From the NCBI RefSeq assembly GCF_900187275.1, contig NZ_LT906458.1:90001-122000 (forward strand): a stretch of 32,000 nucleotides of DNA, given 5' to 3'. Both the position numbers and the translations under genes were made by a program. Numbering within the stretch: position 1 is the stretch's first letter; each line of letters begins with the position of its first letter. The stretch is from Pasteurella multocida. GTDB taxonomy: Bacteria; Pseudomonadota; Gammaproteobacteria; Enterobacterales; Pasteurellaceae. Of this stretch, positions 10,267-18,684 are shown in pieces. The notes below the pieces were generated by a model. It saw nothing but the letters and a program-made list of their open reading frames with translations, was not told where the DNA came from and searched no databases.

Positions 10267-12282
10267 ATGAAATTAAATAAACAGCAACAACAAGCCGTGG
10301 AATATGTCACTGGACCTTGCTTAGTGCTCGCTGGGGCGGGCTCGGGTAAAACACGGGTTATCATTAATAAAATTGCTTATCTCGTTGCCAAATGTGGCTA
10401 TGTTCCGCGCCAGATTGCGGCGGTGACTTTTACGAACAAAGCTGCACGGGAAATGAAAGAGCGTGTTGCCCACTCAATTGGTAAAGAAGCCAGTCGTGGT
10501 CTAATTGTATCCACGTTTCACACTTTAGGCTTTGATATGATTAAACGTGAATATAAGCAATTAGGCTTTAAAGCGAATATGACGTTGTTTGATGAACATG
10601 ATCAATATGCGCTATTAAAAGAGTTAACAGCGGACTTATTGTGTGAGGACAAGGATTTATTACGTGAATTAATTTCGGTCATTTCTCGTTGGAAAAATGA
10701 TTTAGTTTTGCCACCACAGGCAAAACAGCTTGCACGTGATCACAAACAACAAATGTTTGCAGAGTGTTATGATCGTTATAACCAGCAAATTCGTGCGTAC
10801 AATGCATTGGATTTTGATGATTTAATTATGTTACCGACCTTATTATTACAACAAAATGATGCGGTTCGCACGAAGTGGCAACAGAAAATCCGCTATTTAT
10901 TAGTCGATGAATATCAGGATACCAATACCAGTCAGTATGAATTGATCAAATTATTAGTCGGGGAGCGCGCTTGCTTTACGGTAGTCGGAGATGATGATCA
11001 ATCAATTTATTCTTGGCGTGGCGCGCAGCCACAAAATATGATGCGGTTGAAAACCGATTTTCCTCACTTAAACGTCGTGAAATTAGAACAAAATTATCGT
11101 TCAACACAACGCATTTTACATTGTGCCAATATTTTGATCGATAATAATGATCATGTGTTTGCTAAAAAACTGTTTTCAACGCTAGATCAAGGGGAAAAGC
11201 TACAAGTTATCGAAGCCAAAAATGAAGAAGAAGAAGCGGAACGTGTGGTAGGAGAATTAATCGCACACCGATTTATGCGCAAAACCAAGTATAAAGATTA
11301 TGCGATTTTATATCGCGGTAATCATCAATCGCGTTTGTTGGAAAAGGTGTTAATGCAAAACCGTATTCCCTACAAAATTTCAGGGGGTACCTCCTTTTTC
11401 TCGCGTGCAGAAATTAAAGACATGATGGCGTATTTACGTTTAGTGGTAAATCAAGATGATGACGCCGCGTTTTTACGTATTGTGAATACGCCTAAGCGCG
11501 AAATTGGGACGGTGACGTTACAAAAATTAGGTGAGTTAGCCCATGAAAAACATTGTAGTTTATTTGAAGCAATTTTTGATTTTGAGTTAATTCAACAAAT
11601 TACACCTAAAGCCTATAATGCGTTGCAACATTTCGGACAGTGGATCGTGCAATTAAGTGATGAGGTAATTTGCTCAGAACCTGAACGCGCGATTCGTAGC
11701 ATGCTCGCACAACTTCATTACGAAGAATACTTATACGAATATGCGACCAGTCCTAAAGCAGCGGAAATGCAAAGTAAAAATGTGGCGACACTGTTTGATT
11801 GGGTCGCGGAGATGTTAAAGGGAAATGACATTGACGAACCAATGACGCTTAATCAAGTAGTGACACGTTTGACATTACGTGACATGTTGGAGCGAGGAGA
11901 AGAGGATGATGAAAGTGATCAAGTGCAATTAATGACGCTACATGCTTCCAAAGGCTTAGAATTTCCGCATGTTTTTTTAATTGGGATGGAAGAAGGGATT
12001 TTACCGCATCAGACCAGTATTGATGAGGATAATGTAGAAGAAGAACGCCGTTTAGCCTATGTAGGCATTACGCGTGCGCAACAAACATTAACCTTCTCGT
12101 TATGCAAAGAAAGACGCCAGTTTGGTGAGTTACTAAAGCCTGAGCCAAGTCGCTTTTTGGCTGAACTGCCCACTGATGATGTGCAGTGGGAGCGCGATAA
12201 ACCACCTTTAACACAGGAACAAGTTCGCGAGAATACCGCCACACAATTGGCGAACTTACGTGCGATTTTGCGGGGTAAATAG
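10267..12282 (+). CDS. rep: ATP-dependent DNA helicase Rep
   Basis: The 671-aa protein is colinear with E. coli Rep ([30 protein letters not shown], [56 protein letters not shown]). Confidence 0.96.
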   Translation: MKLNKQQQQAVEYVTGPCLVLAGAGSGKTRVIINKIAYLVAKCGYVPRQIAAVTFTNKAAREMKERVAHSIGKEASRGLIVSTFHTLGFDMIKREYKQLGFKANMTLFDEHDQYALLKELTADLLCEDKDLLRELISVISRWKNDLVLPPQAKQLARDHKQQMFAECYDRYNQQIRAYNALDFDDLIMLPTLLLQQNDAVRTKWQQKIRYLLVDEYQDTNTSQYELIKLLVGERACFTVVGDDDQSIYSWRGAQPQNMMRLKTDFPHLNVVKLEQNYRSTQRILHCANILIDNNDHVFAKKLFSTLDQGEKLQVIEAKNEEEEAERVVGELIAHRFMRKTKYKDYAILYRGNHQSRLLEKVLMQNRIPYKISGGTSFFSRAEIKDMMAYLRLVVNQDDDAAFLRIVNTPKREIGTVTLQKLGELAHEKHCSLFEAIFDFELIQQITPKAYNALQHFGQWIVQLSDEVICSEPERAIRSMLAQLHYEEYLYEYATSPKAAEMQSKNVATLFDWVAEMLKGNDIDEPMTLNQVVTRLTLRDMLERGEEDDESDQVQLMTLHASKGLEFPHVFLIGMEEGILPHQTSIDEDNVEEERRLAYVGITRAQQTLTFSLCKERRQFGELLKPEPSRFLAELPTDDVQWERDKPPLTQEQVRENTATQLANLRAILRGK

Positions 12283-12352
12283 TTTTTAAGTGGGTATTTT
12301 ATTGAATTTGTAGAGAAATCAGTCAACTGAATAATTTTTTTGTAAAAATGAT

Positions 12353-12380
12353 TTGACTTATTTTTAGAAAAACGTATTAT
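12353..12380 (+). promoter_or_regulatory. Sigma-70 promoter of the tRNA operon (TTGACT-N16-TATTAT with a GC-rich discriminator)
   Basis: The -35 is TTGACT (12353-12358) and the -10 is TATTAT (12375-12380), followed by the discriminator ACCGCCC typical of stringently controlled stable-RNA promoters. tRNA-Ser begins at 12401. Confidence 0.5.
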
Positions 12381-12400
12381 ACCGCCCACAAACCGATTGC

Positions 12401-12493
12401 GGTGAGATGGCCGAGAGGCTGAAGGCGCTCCCCTGCTAAGGGAGTATGGGGTCAAAAACTCCATCGAGGGTTCGAATCCCTCTCTCACCGCCA
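12401..12493 (+). tRNA. tRNA-Ser (anticodon GCU), CCA encoded
   Basis: It folds as a cloverleaf by hand: acceptor GGTGAGA/TCTCACC, anticodon stem CTCCC/GGGAG with loop CT-GCT-AA, a long variable arm, and T-arm GAGGG-TTCGAAT-CCCTC. Confidence 0.95.
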
Positions 12494-12543
12494 TTTACTC
12501 AAGTATTTTACAAAGCCTACTTTGGCGGAAGTAAAATCGTGCT

Positions 12544-12620
12544 GCACCCGTAGCTCAGCTGGATAGAGTACTCGGCTACGAACCGAGCGGTCAGAGGTTC
12601 GAATCCTCTCGGGTGCGCCA
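12544..12620 (+). tRNA. tRNA-Arg (anticodon ACG), CCA encoded
   Basis: Acceptor GCACCCG/CGGGTGC, anticodon stem CTCGG/CCGAG with loop CT-ACG-AA, and T-loop GGTTCGAATCC. Confidence 0.95.
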
Positions 12621-12685
12621 TTTTAATTAGACTCTACTGATTAAACTGGTTTAAGCAAGTAAATAAAATCAACGCATATCAATAC

Positions 12686-12762
12686 GCACCCGTAGCTCAG
12701 CTGGATAGAGTACTCGGCTACGAACCGAGCGGTCAGAGGTTCGAATCCTCTCGGGTGCGCCA
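12686..12762 (+). tRNA. tRNA-Arg (anticodon ACG), identical second copy
   Basis: This 77-nt sequence is identical to 12544-12620. Confidence 0.95.
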
Positions 12763-12897
12763 TTTCATTCTCTTATCAATCTCTTCACTTTATCAAATAC
12801 AAATAACTTTCCGTTCTCTTTTGAGTTTTAGGCAAAAGCGTTGAAAATCTCAAACGAATAACATCCTATTCTGTTTGTGTGCCTAAAACGACAACAG

Positions 12898-13278
12898 CTA
12901 ATTGCATTTTTTTAGAATATCGGGTTGATCTAACAATAACGAATAATAATTTGCTAGAAAATAAGTTTGTTCGTTATCGGGAATAGGGAAAGGAATCAGA
13001 TCCAAAATATCTTGGTGCATAGCAGAAACAATGGGAAAACAGACCGCACTTTGAATCTTTATCTGAAAATCTTTATGCAAGGGAGAGGCACAGTGTTGTC
13101 GTTTAATCCGACCTAACGCATTGGCTAAGTGAACCAGCAGGGTTTGTACTTGCATCGTGTTGACATCAACATGCCAGTGTTGAGCCAAATGATCTTGCGC
13201 ATTAAATACAATCTCGACAATTTGCTCATCAATTAACTTTCGCACTTGTAACATTTTTAAGTGAGATTGGATATCCAT
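12898..13278 (-). CDS. Hypothetical 126-aa protein, stand-alone PRD-like domain (YhfY-like?)
   Basis: The ORF fills the tRNA-yqaB gap and contains a USS core. LLVHLANALGRIKR and PIPDNEQTYFLANYYSLL resemble the two PRD signatures (L..H...A..R and lPedEagyialH). The second conserved His is absent. The function call is by eye only. Confidence 0.4.
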   Translation of the reverse strand: MDIQSHLKMLQVRKLIDEQIVEIVFNAQDHLAQHWHVDVNTMQVQTLLVHLANALGRIKRQHCASPLHKDFQIKIQSAVCFPIVSAMHQDILDLIPFPIPDNEQTYFLANYYSLLLDQPDILKKCN

Positions 13279-13401
13279 GTTTCCCCCTGCGACACGTTGC
13301 TTTGCAGTCTAGCTTACTTTCTTAAAATTAAATAGTGCAGAGATCACAATTTTGTCGCAAAATAATGCCTAGCTTTGAGTTGATAATAGAAAGAGTGACG
13401 T

Positions 13402-14001
13402 ATGTTAGATGTGAAGATTTTAGCGCAATATGCTGGGTTGATTTTTGATATGGATGGGACGGTAGTAGACACGATGCCTTGTCATGAGCGTGCATGGCTC
13501 AAAGTGGCTGACAAGGTGGGATATCCGTTATCGCCGTCTGTCATGTATGAACTCGCAGGTGCGCCTCTTCGCACTATTGCCCAGGAAATGATGCTGCGTG
13601 CGAATATGCCATTAACACAATTACAGGAAGTCATGAAATTAAAACGTCAATTTGGTCATGCTTTAATCATGGCGGAAGCTACATTGTTACCTGCTGCGCA
13701 AATTGTGAAAAGCTATCATAATCAAAAACCCATGGCGTTAGGCACTGGGTCGCATCGTGAAATCACACATAAGTTATTAAATAAATTGGAGATCGCACAT
13801 TGCTTTGATGCAGTGGTTACTTCAGAGGATGTGGCGAAACATAAACCCGAACCCGATACTTTTTTGCGTTGTGCCGAATTAATTGGAGTAAATCCTCAAA
13901 CTTGTCTGGTATTTGAAGATGCTGATTTAGGTGTGCAAGCAGGACTTGCAGCAGGTATGCATGTTTTTGATGTCAGAACCCATACATTAATCACAGAGTA
14001 A
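13402..14001 (+). CDS. yqaB: HAD-superfamily sugar phosphatase, YqaB-like (beta-phosphoglucomutase family)
   Basis: YAGLIFDMDGTVVDT (HAD motif I), ALGTGS, HKPEPDTFL and VFEDADLGVQAGLAAGM are colinear with E. coli YqaB. Confidence 0.8.
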   Translation: MLDVKILAQYAGLIFDMDGTVVDTMPCHERAWLKVADKVGYPLSPSVMYELAGAPLRTIAQEMMLRANMPLTQLQEVMKLKRQFGHALIMAEATLLPAAQIVKSYHNQKPMALGTGSHREITHKLLNKLEIAHCFDAVVTSEDVAKHKPEPDTFLRCAELIGVNPQTCLVFEDADLGVQAGLAAGMHVFDVRTHTLITE

Positions 14002-14006
14002 CAACG

Positions 14007-14618
14007 ATGTTGACAGACAAAGAAAAACGACATTTAGGTTTAGCGCACCAGCCTTATGATCCGGAATTGGCAGAGATGCGCTTACGTAATAAAGAATTAT
14101 TGCATGAATATAATGTGTTAACTCGCCCTTCAGATAAACAAACAAAAGCCCGTTTGATCTTATCTATTCTTGGTAAAGCTGCGAATACACCTCACATTAA
14201 TGCGCCTTTTTACTGTGATTACGGGCAATTTATTGAAGTCGGAAAAAACTTTTTTGCGAATTATCACTGTACTATCCTAGATACAGGAGGCGTGAAGATT
14301 GGCGATGATGTGTTATTTGCTCCGAATGTGAGTTTATACACCGTAGGGCATCCAATTGATCCTGAATTGCGTAAGGCAGAATGGGAACAAGCACTACCCA
14401 TTGTGATTGGGAATAATGTGTGGATTGGGGGCAATGTGGTGATTTTAGGTGGCGTTACTATCGGTGACAATACTGTAATTGGGGCGGGTTCTGTGGTTAC
14501 AAAAGATATTCCGGCAAATTGTGTAGCCGTGGGCAATCCATGTAAAGTACAACGAATGATTAGCCCGCAGGACCGAGAGGATTATTTACAACGTTTTAAA
14601 CCAGACTGGAATGATTGA
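14007..14618 (+). CDS. maa: Maltose/galactoside O-acetyltransferase family (hexapeptide-repeat) enzyme
   Basis: It has the Maa/LacA N-terminal domain (Y.P.DPEL...R.....L..YN) and left-handed beta-helix hexapeptide repeats (IGNNVWIGGNVVILGGVTIGDNTVIGAGSVVTKDIP). Confidence 0.85.
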   Translation: MLTDKEKRHLGLAHQPYDPELAEMRLRNKELLHEYNVLTRPSDKQTKARLILSILGKAANTPHINAPFYCDYGQFIEVGKNFFANYHCTILDTGGVKIGDDVLFAPNVSLYTVGHPIDPELRKAEWEQALPIVIGNNVWIGGNVVILGGVTIGDNTVIGAGSVVTKDIPANCVAVGNPCKVQRMISPQDREDYLQRFKPDWND

Positions 14619-15090
14619 TTTTTGGACATGGGATTTTTGGCAACAACATAGCTTATGGTTTATGTTTGCTAGTGCCTTTTTGAGTGCCACGCTTTTACCC
14701 GGTAATTCAGAAATCGTGTTTGTTACATTACTCGCCCCTTTGCAACTTAATCAGCAAGGGCTTTTCTCTGATGATGTACTGTGGTTATTCCATATGGCAG
14801 TATTGGGAAACAGTTTAGGTAGCATGACAACTTATTACTTAGGTTACGGTTTACCTCGTTTATCCGAAAAACAGCAACAGCATCCTCGTTTTAAGTGGGT
14901 CATGCAAAAAGTGCAACGCTACGGTGTTTGGAGTCTGCTGTTTAGTTGGCTACCGATAGTTGGTGATTTATTTTGCGCGGTTGCAGGATGGTTAAGATTG
15001 AATATACTCGGGGCATGTGTGCTTATTTTTGTTGGAAAATGGGTACGTTATCTTTTTTTACTGTTGCTGACGATGAAAGTGATGTCCTAG
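14611..15090 (+). CDS. yqaA: YqaA-family (DedA/SNARE-associated type) inner membrane protein
   Basis: FASAFLSATLLPGNSEIVFV, LGNSLG and LLFSWLPIVGDLFCAVAGWLR match E. coli YqaA. The start overlaps the maa stop by 8 nt (ATGATTGA). Confidence 0.8.
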   Translation: MIDFWTWDFWQQHSLWFMFASAFLSATLLPGNSEIVFVTLLAPLQLNQQGLFSDDVLWLFHMAVLGNSLGSMTTYYLGYGLPRLSEKQQQHPRFKWVMQKVQRYGVWSLLFSWLPIVGDLFCAVAGWLRLNILGACVLIFVGKWVRYLFLLLLTMKVMS

Positions 15091-15106
15091 TAATATCTCA
15101 CATGCT

Positions 15107-15182
15107 AAAAAAAACACCACCCAAGATGGGTGGTGAATAACCTAAGGAACCAATTTTATTAAAAACAACTGCAAGTTGCTGT
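15107..15182 (-). ncRNA. Candidate ~76-nt sigma-E-dependent sRNA (positional MicA analogue); 5' end predicted, 3' end at the terminator U-run
   Basis: An orphan minus-strand intrinsic terminator is present (stem 15135-15115 plus U8 at 15114-15107). A sigma-E-like promoter lies upstream. Position and orientation match micA relative to luxS and yqaA in E. coli. There is no experimental support. Confidence 0.45.
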
Positions 15183-15186
15183 ATCC

Positions 15187-15213
15187 TAAGACTGATACGT
15201 TTAAAAAAAGTTC
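15187..15213 (-). promoter_or_regulatory. Sigma-E (RpoE)-type promoter candidate: tGAACTT-N16-TCTTA
   Basis: On the minus strand, GAACTT lies at 15213-15208, followed by a 16-nt spacer TTTTTAAACGTATCAG and TCTTA at 15191-15187. Compare E. coli degP and rpoH P3, GGAACTT-N16-TCTGA. Confidence 0.4.
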
Positions 15214-15263
15214 AAAAAAATTTACCTGCATTTTGCGAAAACTTGAAAATTTAAGGACATATT

Positions 15264-15770
15264 ATGCCATTACTTGATAGCTTTAAAGTTGACCATACCC
15301 GTATGAAAGCGCCAGCAGTACGCATTGCGAAAACCATGACTACCCCAAAGGGCGATAACATTACTGTATTTGATTTACGTTTTTGCATACCAAATAAAGA
15401 GATTCTTTCCCCAAAAGGGATTCATACTTTAGAACATCTTTTTGCGGGTTTTATGCGCGATCATTTAAATGGGACAGAAGTAGAAATTATTGATATTTCC
15501 CCGATGGGCTGTTGTACAGGGTTTTACATGTCATTAATTGGCACACCCAATGAGCAACAGGTGGCAGACGCTTGGTTAGCCTCAATGCGAGATGTGTTAT
15601 TGGTAAAAGATCAAGCGCAGATCCCAGAATTAAATGCTTTCCAGTGCGGGACTTACACCGAGCACTCATTAGCCGAAGCACAACAAATCGCACACAATGT
15701 ACTTGAGCGTGGTGTGAGTGTGAATAAAAATGAAGATTTATTACTCGACGAACAATTATTATCTCTTTAA
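15264..15770 (+). CDS. luxS: S-ribosylhomocysteine lyase (AI-2 synthase)
   Basis: It starts [20 protein letters not shown], has the metal-binding motif HTLEHL and the SPMGCxTGFY motif, and is 168 aa long. Confidence 0.97.
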   Translation: MPLLDSFKVDHTRMKAPAVRIAKTMTTPKGDNITVFDLRFCIPNKEILSPKGIHTLEHLFAGFMRDHLNGTEVEIIDISPMGCCTGFYMSLIGTPNEQQVADAWLASMRDVLLVKDQAQIPELNAFQCGTYTEHSLAEAQQIAHNVLERGVSVNKNEDLLLDEQLLSL

Positions 15771-15807
15771 GAATTTATAAAACACAACCGTCCAGAAGGA
15801 AATCCAT

Positions 15808-16989
15808 ATGACAACAATTGGTACCCCACTTACGCCGAAAGCCACAAAAGTGATGATGCTAGGTTCAGGCGAACTCGGTAAAGAAGTGGTGATTGAGCTA
15901 CAACGCCTTGGTGTTGAGGTGATTGCTGTTGATCGTTATGCTAATGCGCCAGCACAACAAGTGGCACATCGTGCTTATACGATATCTATGCTTGATGGCG
16001 AGGCTTTAAAAGCCTTAGTGGAGAAAGAAAAGCCAGATTACATCGTGCCAGAAGTGGAAGCGATTGCGACGGCAACGCTCGTGGAATTAGAGCAGGCAGG
16101 GTTTACTGTGATTCCAACGGCGAAAGCAACCCAATTAACCATGAATCGTGAAGGTATTCGTCGTTTGGCAGCAGAAGAGTTAGGGTTACCAACGTCAAAC
16201 TACCAATTTGTTGATAATTTTGATGATTTCAAACGCGCAGTGGAAAAAATTGGGATCCCTTGTGTGGTTAAGCCGATTATGTCTTCTTCAGGACATGGAC
16301 AAAGTATTTTGAAATCAGTCGAACAGATACCGTCCGCGTGGGAATATGCGCAACAAGGTGGGCGTGCGGGGGCAGGACGTGTCATTGTGGAAGGTTTTGT
16401 CAAATTTGATTATGAAATTACGTTATTAACAGTACGTCATGTCCATGGCACCTCTTTTCTCGCACCAATCGGTCACATTCAAATTGATGGGGATTATCGC
16501 GAATCTTGGCAACCTCAAGCCATGTCAGTGGTGGCATTAGAAAAAGCGCAGGCGATTGCAGAAAAAATTACTGGTGCGTTAGGGGGACGTGGTATTTTTG
16601 GCGTGGAAATGTTTGTTTGTGGGGATGAGGTTATTTTCAATGAGGTTTCACCACGCCCTCATGATACTGGCATGGTGACCTTAATTTCACAAGAATTGTC
16701 TGAGTTTGCGTTACACGCACGAGCTATTTTAGGTTTGCCAATTCCGGACATTACACTTATTAGCCCGTCAGCGTCCAAAGCGATTGTGGTTGAGGGGAAA
16801 TCCACGCAAGTCGTATTTGGTCAATTGGCTGAGGTGCTTGCTGAACCGCATACGAATCTTCGTTTATTTGGTAAGGGCGAAGTAGATGGTCACCGTCGTA
16901 TGGGCGTGATTTTAGCACGTGATATTTCTGTTGAGAAAGCATTAGAAAAAGCACGCCGTGCTTATGATAAGCTTGAGATTACGCTGTAA
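15808..16989 (+). CDS. purT: Formate-dependent phosphoribosylglycinamide formyltransferase (GAR transformylase 2)
   Basis: The 393-aa protein has an ATP-grasp architecture ([40 protein letters not shown]) and the typical PurT C-terminus. Confidence 0.95.
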   Translation: MTTIGTPLTPKATKVMMLGSGELGKEVVIELQRLGVEVIAVDRYANAPAQQVAHRAYTISMLDGEALKALVEKEKPDYIVPEVEAIATATLVELEQAGFTVIPTAKATQLTMNREGIRRLAAEELGLPTSNYQFVDNFDDFKRAVEKIGIPCVVKPIMSSSGHGQSILKSVEQIPSAWEYAQQGGRAGAGRVIVEGFVKFDYEITLLTVRHVHGTSFLAPIGHIQIDGDYRESWQPQAMSVVALEKAQAIAEKITGALGGRGIFGVEMFVCGDEVIFNEVSPRPHDTGMVTLISQELSEFALHARAILGLPIPDITLISPSASKAIVVEGKSTQVVFGQLAEVLAEPHTNLRLFGKGEVDGHRRMGVILARDISVEKALEKARRAYDKLEITL

Positions 16990-17007
16990 AGGTTCTGTGA
17001 TAGCAAT

Positions 17008-17035
17008 GACCGCGCTGTTAAGTGCGGTCGTTTTT
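17008..17035 (+). terminator. purT terminator built from an inverted USS pair
   Basis: GACCGCGCT (17008-17016) pairs with AGTGCGGTC (17021-17029), giving 9 bp with one G-U, followed by GTTTTT. The right arm is a perfect USS core, AAGTGCGGT. Confidence 0.6.
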
Positions 17036-17039
17036 GTCT

Positions 17040-17507
17040 TTATTTTTGAGTTAAATAATCTAACACCACTTGATGATGGTTTGAGGTTTTGAATTGGCGG
17101 AAAACCTGCTCAACGTTACCTTGTTCGTCAATTAAAAAACTGATGCGATGAATACCGTCATAGGTTTTGCCTAAAAATTTCTTTTCTCCCCATACACCAA
17201 ATTGTTCTGCCACCTGATGATCCTCATCTGCTAACAGATGAAAATTAAGGGCTTTTTTTTCACTAAATTTACTTAATTTTTCTGGGCTATCAGGACTAAT
17301 ACCTAAAATCACCACACCATGCTTTTCTAATTCAGTTTTGCTATCTCTTAATCCGCAAGCTTGAGTATTACAGCCCGGTGTGAGGGCTTTAGGATAAAAA
17401 TAAACAAGGACTTTTTTGCCAGCAAATTGATTTAGACTGATGTTTTCTTTGCATTGATTAAGCAAACTAAATTGTGGCGCACTTTCGCCGATGGATAAGG
17501 TTTTCAT
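17040..17507 (-). CDS. bcp: Thiol peroxidase Bcp (peroxiredoxin Q type)
   Basis: The 155-aa protein has the FYPKALTPGCNTQAC motif, carrying the peroxidatic and resolving Cys in the CxxxxC spacing typical of Bcp. Confidence 0.9.
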   Translation of the reverse strand: MKTLSIGESAPQFSLLNQCKENISLNQFAGKKVLVYFYPKALTPGCNTQACGLRDSKTELEKHGVVILGISPDSPEKLSKFSEKKALNFHLLADEDHQVAEQFGVWGEKKFLGKTYDGIHRISFLIDEQGNVEQVFRQFKTSNHHQVVLDYLTQK

Positions 17508-17681
17508 GAAAATCCTCTGTTGAAAAATAAGTTTATCGAAAAAATTGAAAAAATTACTTGCAAATCCAAGCTATTTTAGCGATCTTAAATCGAAATTTAC
17601 AAGCAAACTCAACATCAATATAGTGAATTCATTCTAAAAATGACAGCTATTTATAATTAATAAATATTTTCAGGAGGCTGT

Positions 17682-18578
17682 ATGTCAGCAAACAATTATC
17701 TCTTCTCGGGCAGTATCGTTGCTATCGTGACCCCAATGGACAGTTCTGGCGAAATTGATTTTGTCAGATTGAAAAGTTTAGTTGAACATCATATCGCAGC
17801 GGGTACGGATGCGATTGTCTCAGTAGGCACAACTGGTGAAGCTGCAACATTAAGCATTGATGAGAATGTTAAAACCATTTTAAAAACGGTCGAGTTTGCT
17901 GATGGACGTATTCCTGTGATTGCGGGAGCCGGTGCTAATGCCACTAGCGAAGCTATTGTAATGACTAAACTCTTAAATGACAGTGGTGTAGCAGGCTGTC
18001 TTTCTGTGGTGCCTTATTATAATAAGCCAACCCAAGAAGGTATGTATCAGCATTTTAAAGCCATTGCAGAATGTACAGATTTGCCACAAATTTTATATAA
18101 CGTGCCAAGTCGTACTGGAAGCGATTTGTTGCCAGAAACAGTAGCCCGTTTGGCGAAAATCAACAATATTGTTGCTATTAAAGAAGCAACCGGTGATCTT
18201 AGTCGTGTCGCCAAAATTAAAGAATTGGCGGGAGAGGATTTCATTTTCTTAAGTGGTGATGATGCAACAGGGTTAGAGTCCATTAAATTAGGGGGGCAAG
18301 GTGTAATTTCTGTGACCAATAACGTGGCGACCGCGGACATGGCAAAAATGTGTCATCTTGCACTAAATGGACAATTTGAGGAAGCTGAACAAATTAATCA
18401 GCGCTTGATGGCATTACATAAAAATTTATTTGTCGAATCCAATCCAATTCCTGTGAAATGGGCAGCTTACCGTTTAGGTTTGATTGATACACCGACTTTA
18501 CGCTTACCGTTGACAACGCTGAGTGAACATTTACAACCTAAAGTCGAAGACGCATTAAAAATCGCGGGTTTGTTGTAA
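17682..18578 (+). CDS. dapA: 4-hydroxy-tetrahydrodipicolinate synthase
   Basis: It is colinear with E. coli DapA ([49 protein letters not shown]). An AGGAGG RBS lies 6 nt upstream. Confidence 0.96.
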   Translation: MSANNYLFSGSIVAIVTPMDSSGEIDFVRLKSLVEHHIAAGTDAIVSVGTTGEAATLSIDENVKTILKTVEFADGRIPVIAGAGANATSEAIVMTKLLNDSGVAGCLSVVPYYNKPTQEGMYQHFKAIAECTDLPQILYNVPSRTGSDLLPETVARLAKINNIVAIKEATGDLSRVAKIKELAGEDFIFLSGDDATGLESIKLGGQGVISVTNNVATADMAKMCHLALNGQFEEAEQINQRLMALHKNLFVESNPIPVKWAAYRLGLIDTPTLRLPLTTLSEHLQPKVEDALKIAGLL

Positions 18579-18684
18579 TAAGATACACTGAGGTTGTACA
18601 ACAATAAGTCGAGTAAACTTTTGTTTCGCTTTATTGTCAAAGTGCGGTAGCGTTGAAAAAAATTTATTATTAAGGAAAATAGTT

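Noticed and set aside
12057-12494. A 145-aa minus-strand ORF from the supplied track.
   Set aside because: It overlaps the 3' end of rep in antisense and runs straight through tRNA-Ser (its N-terminus is the reverse translation of the tRNA). It is a shadow ORF.
12763-12897. A 10-bp inverted repeat, GTTTTAGGCA (12825-12834) / TGCCTAAAAC (12880-12889), with a 45-nt loop downstream of the second tRNA-Arg. I also checked for a tRNA-associated integration scar flanking the PRD-like ORF.
   Set aside because: Neither strand has a U-run, so it is not a canonical terminator. I found no direct repeat of the tRNA-Arg 3' end downstream (13279-13401) and no integrase, so there is no evidence for an island. 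It may be a weak 3' structure of the PRD-like gene.
13335-13352. A possible CRP site, GTGCAGAGATCACA, in the PRD-ORF/yqaB divergent spacer.
   Set aside because: Only the right half site (TCACA) matches; the left half does not fit TGTGA at the required spacing.
15142-15231. A 29-codon minus-strand ORF (MQVNFFELFLNVSVLGYSNLQLFLIKLVP) in the yqaA-luxS spacer. It is hydrophobic, like a type I toxin or small membrane peptide, and ends just before the orphan terminator.
   Set aside because: There is no Shine-Dalgarno upstream of its ATG (uuuucgcaaaAUG). The better-supported sigma-E-type promoter would start transcription inside it. It has no charged C-terminus or antisense partner typical of type I toxins. 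I keep it only as an alternative explanation for the orphan terminator.
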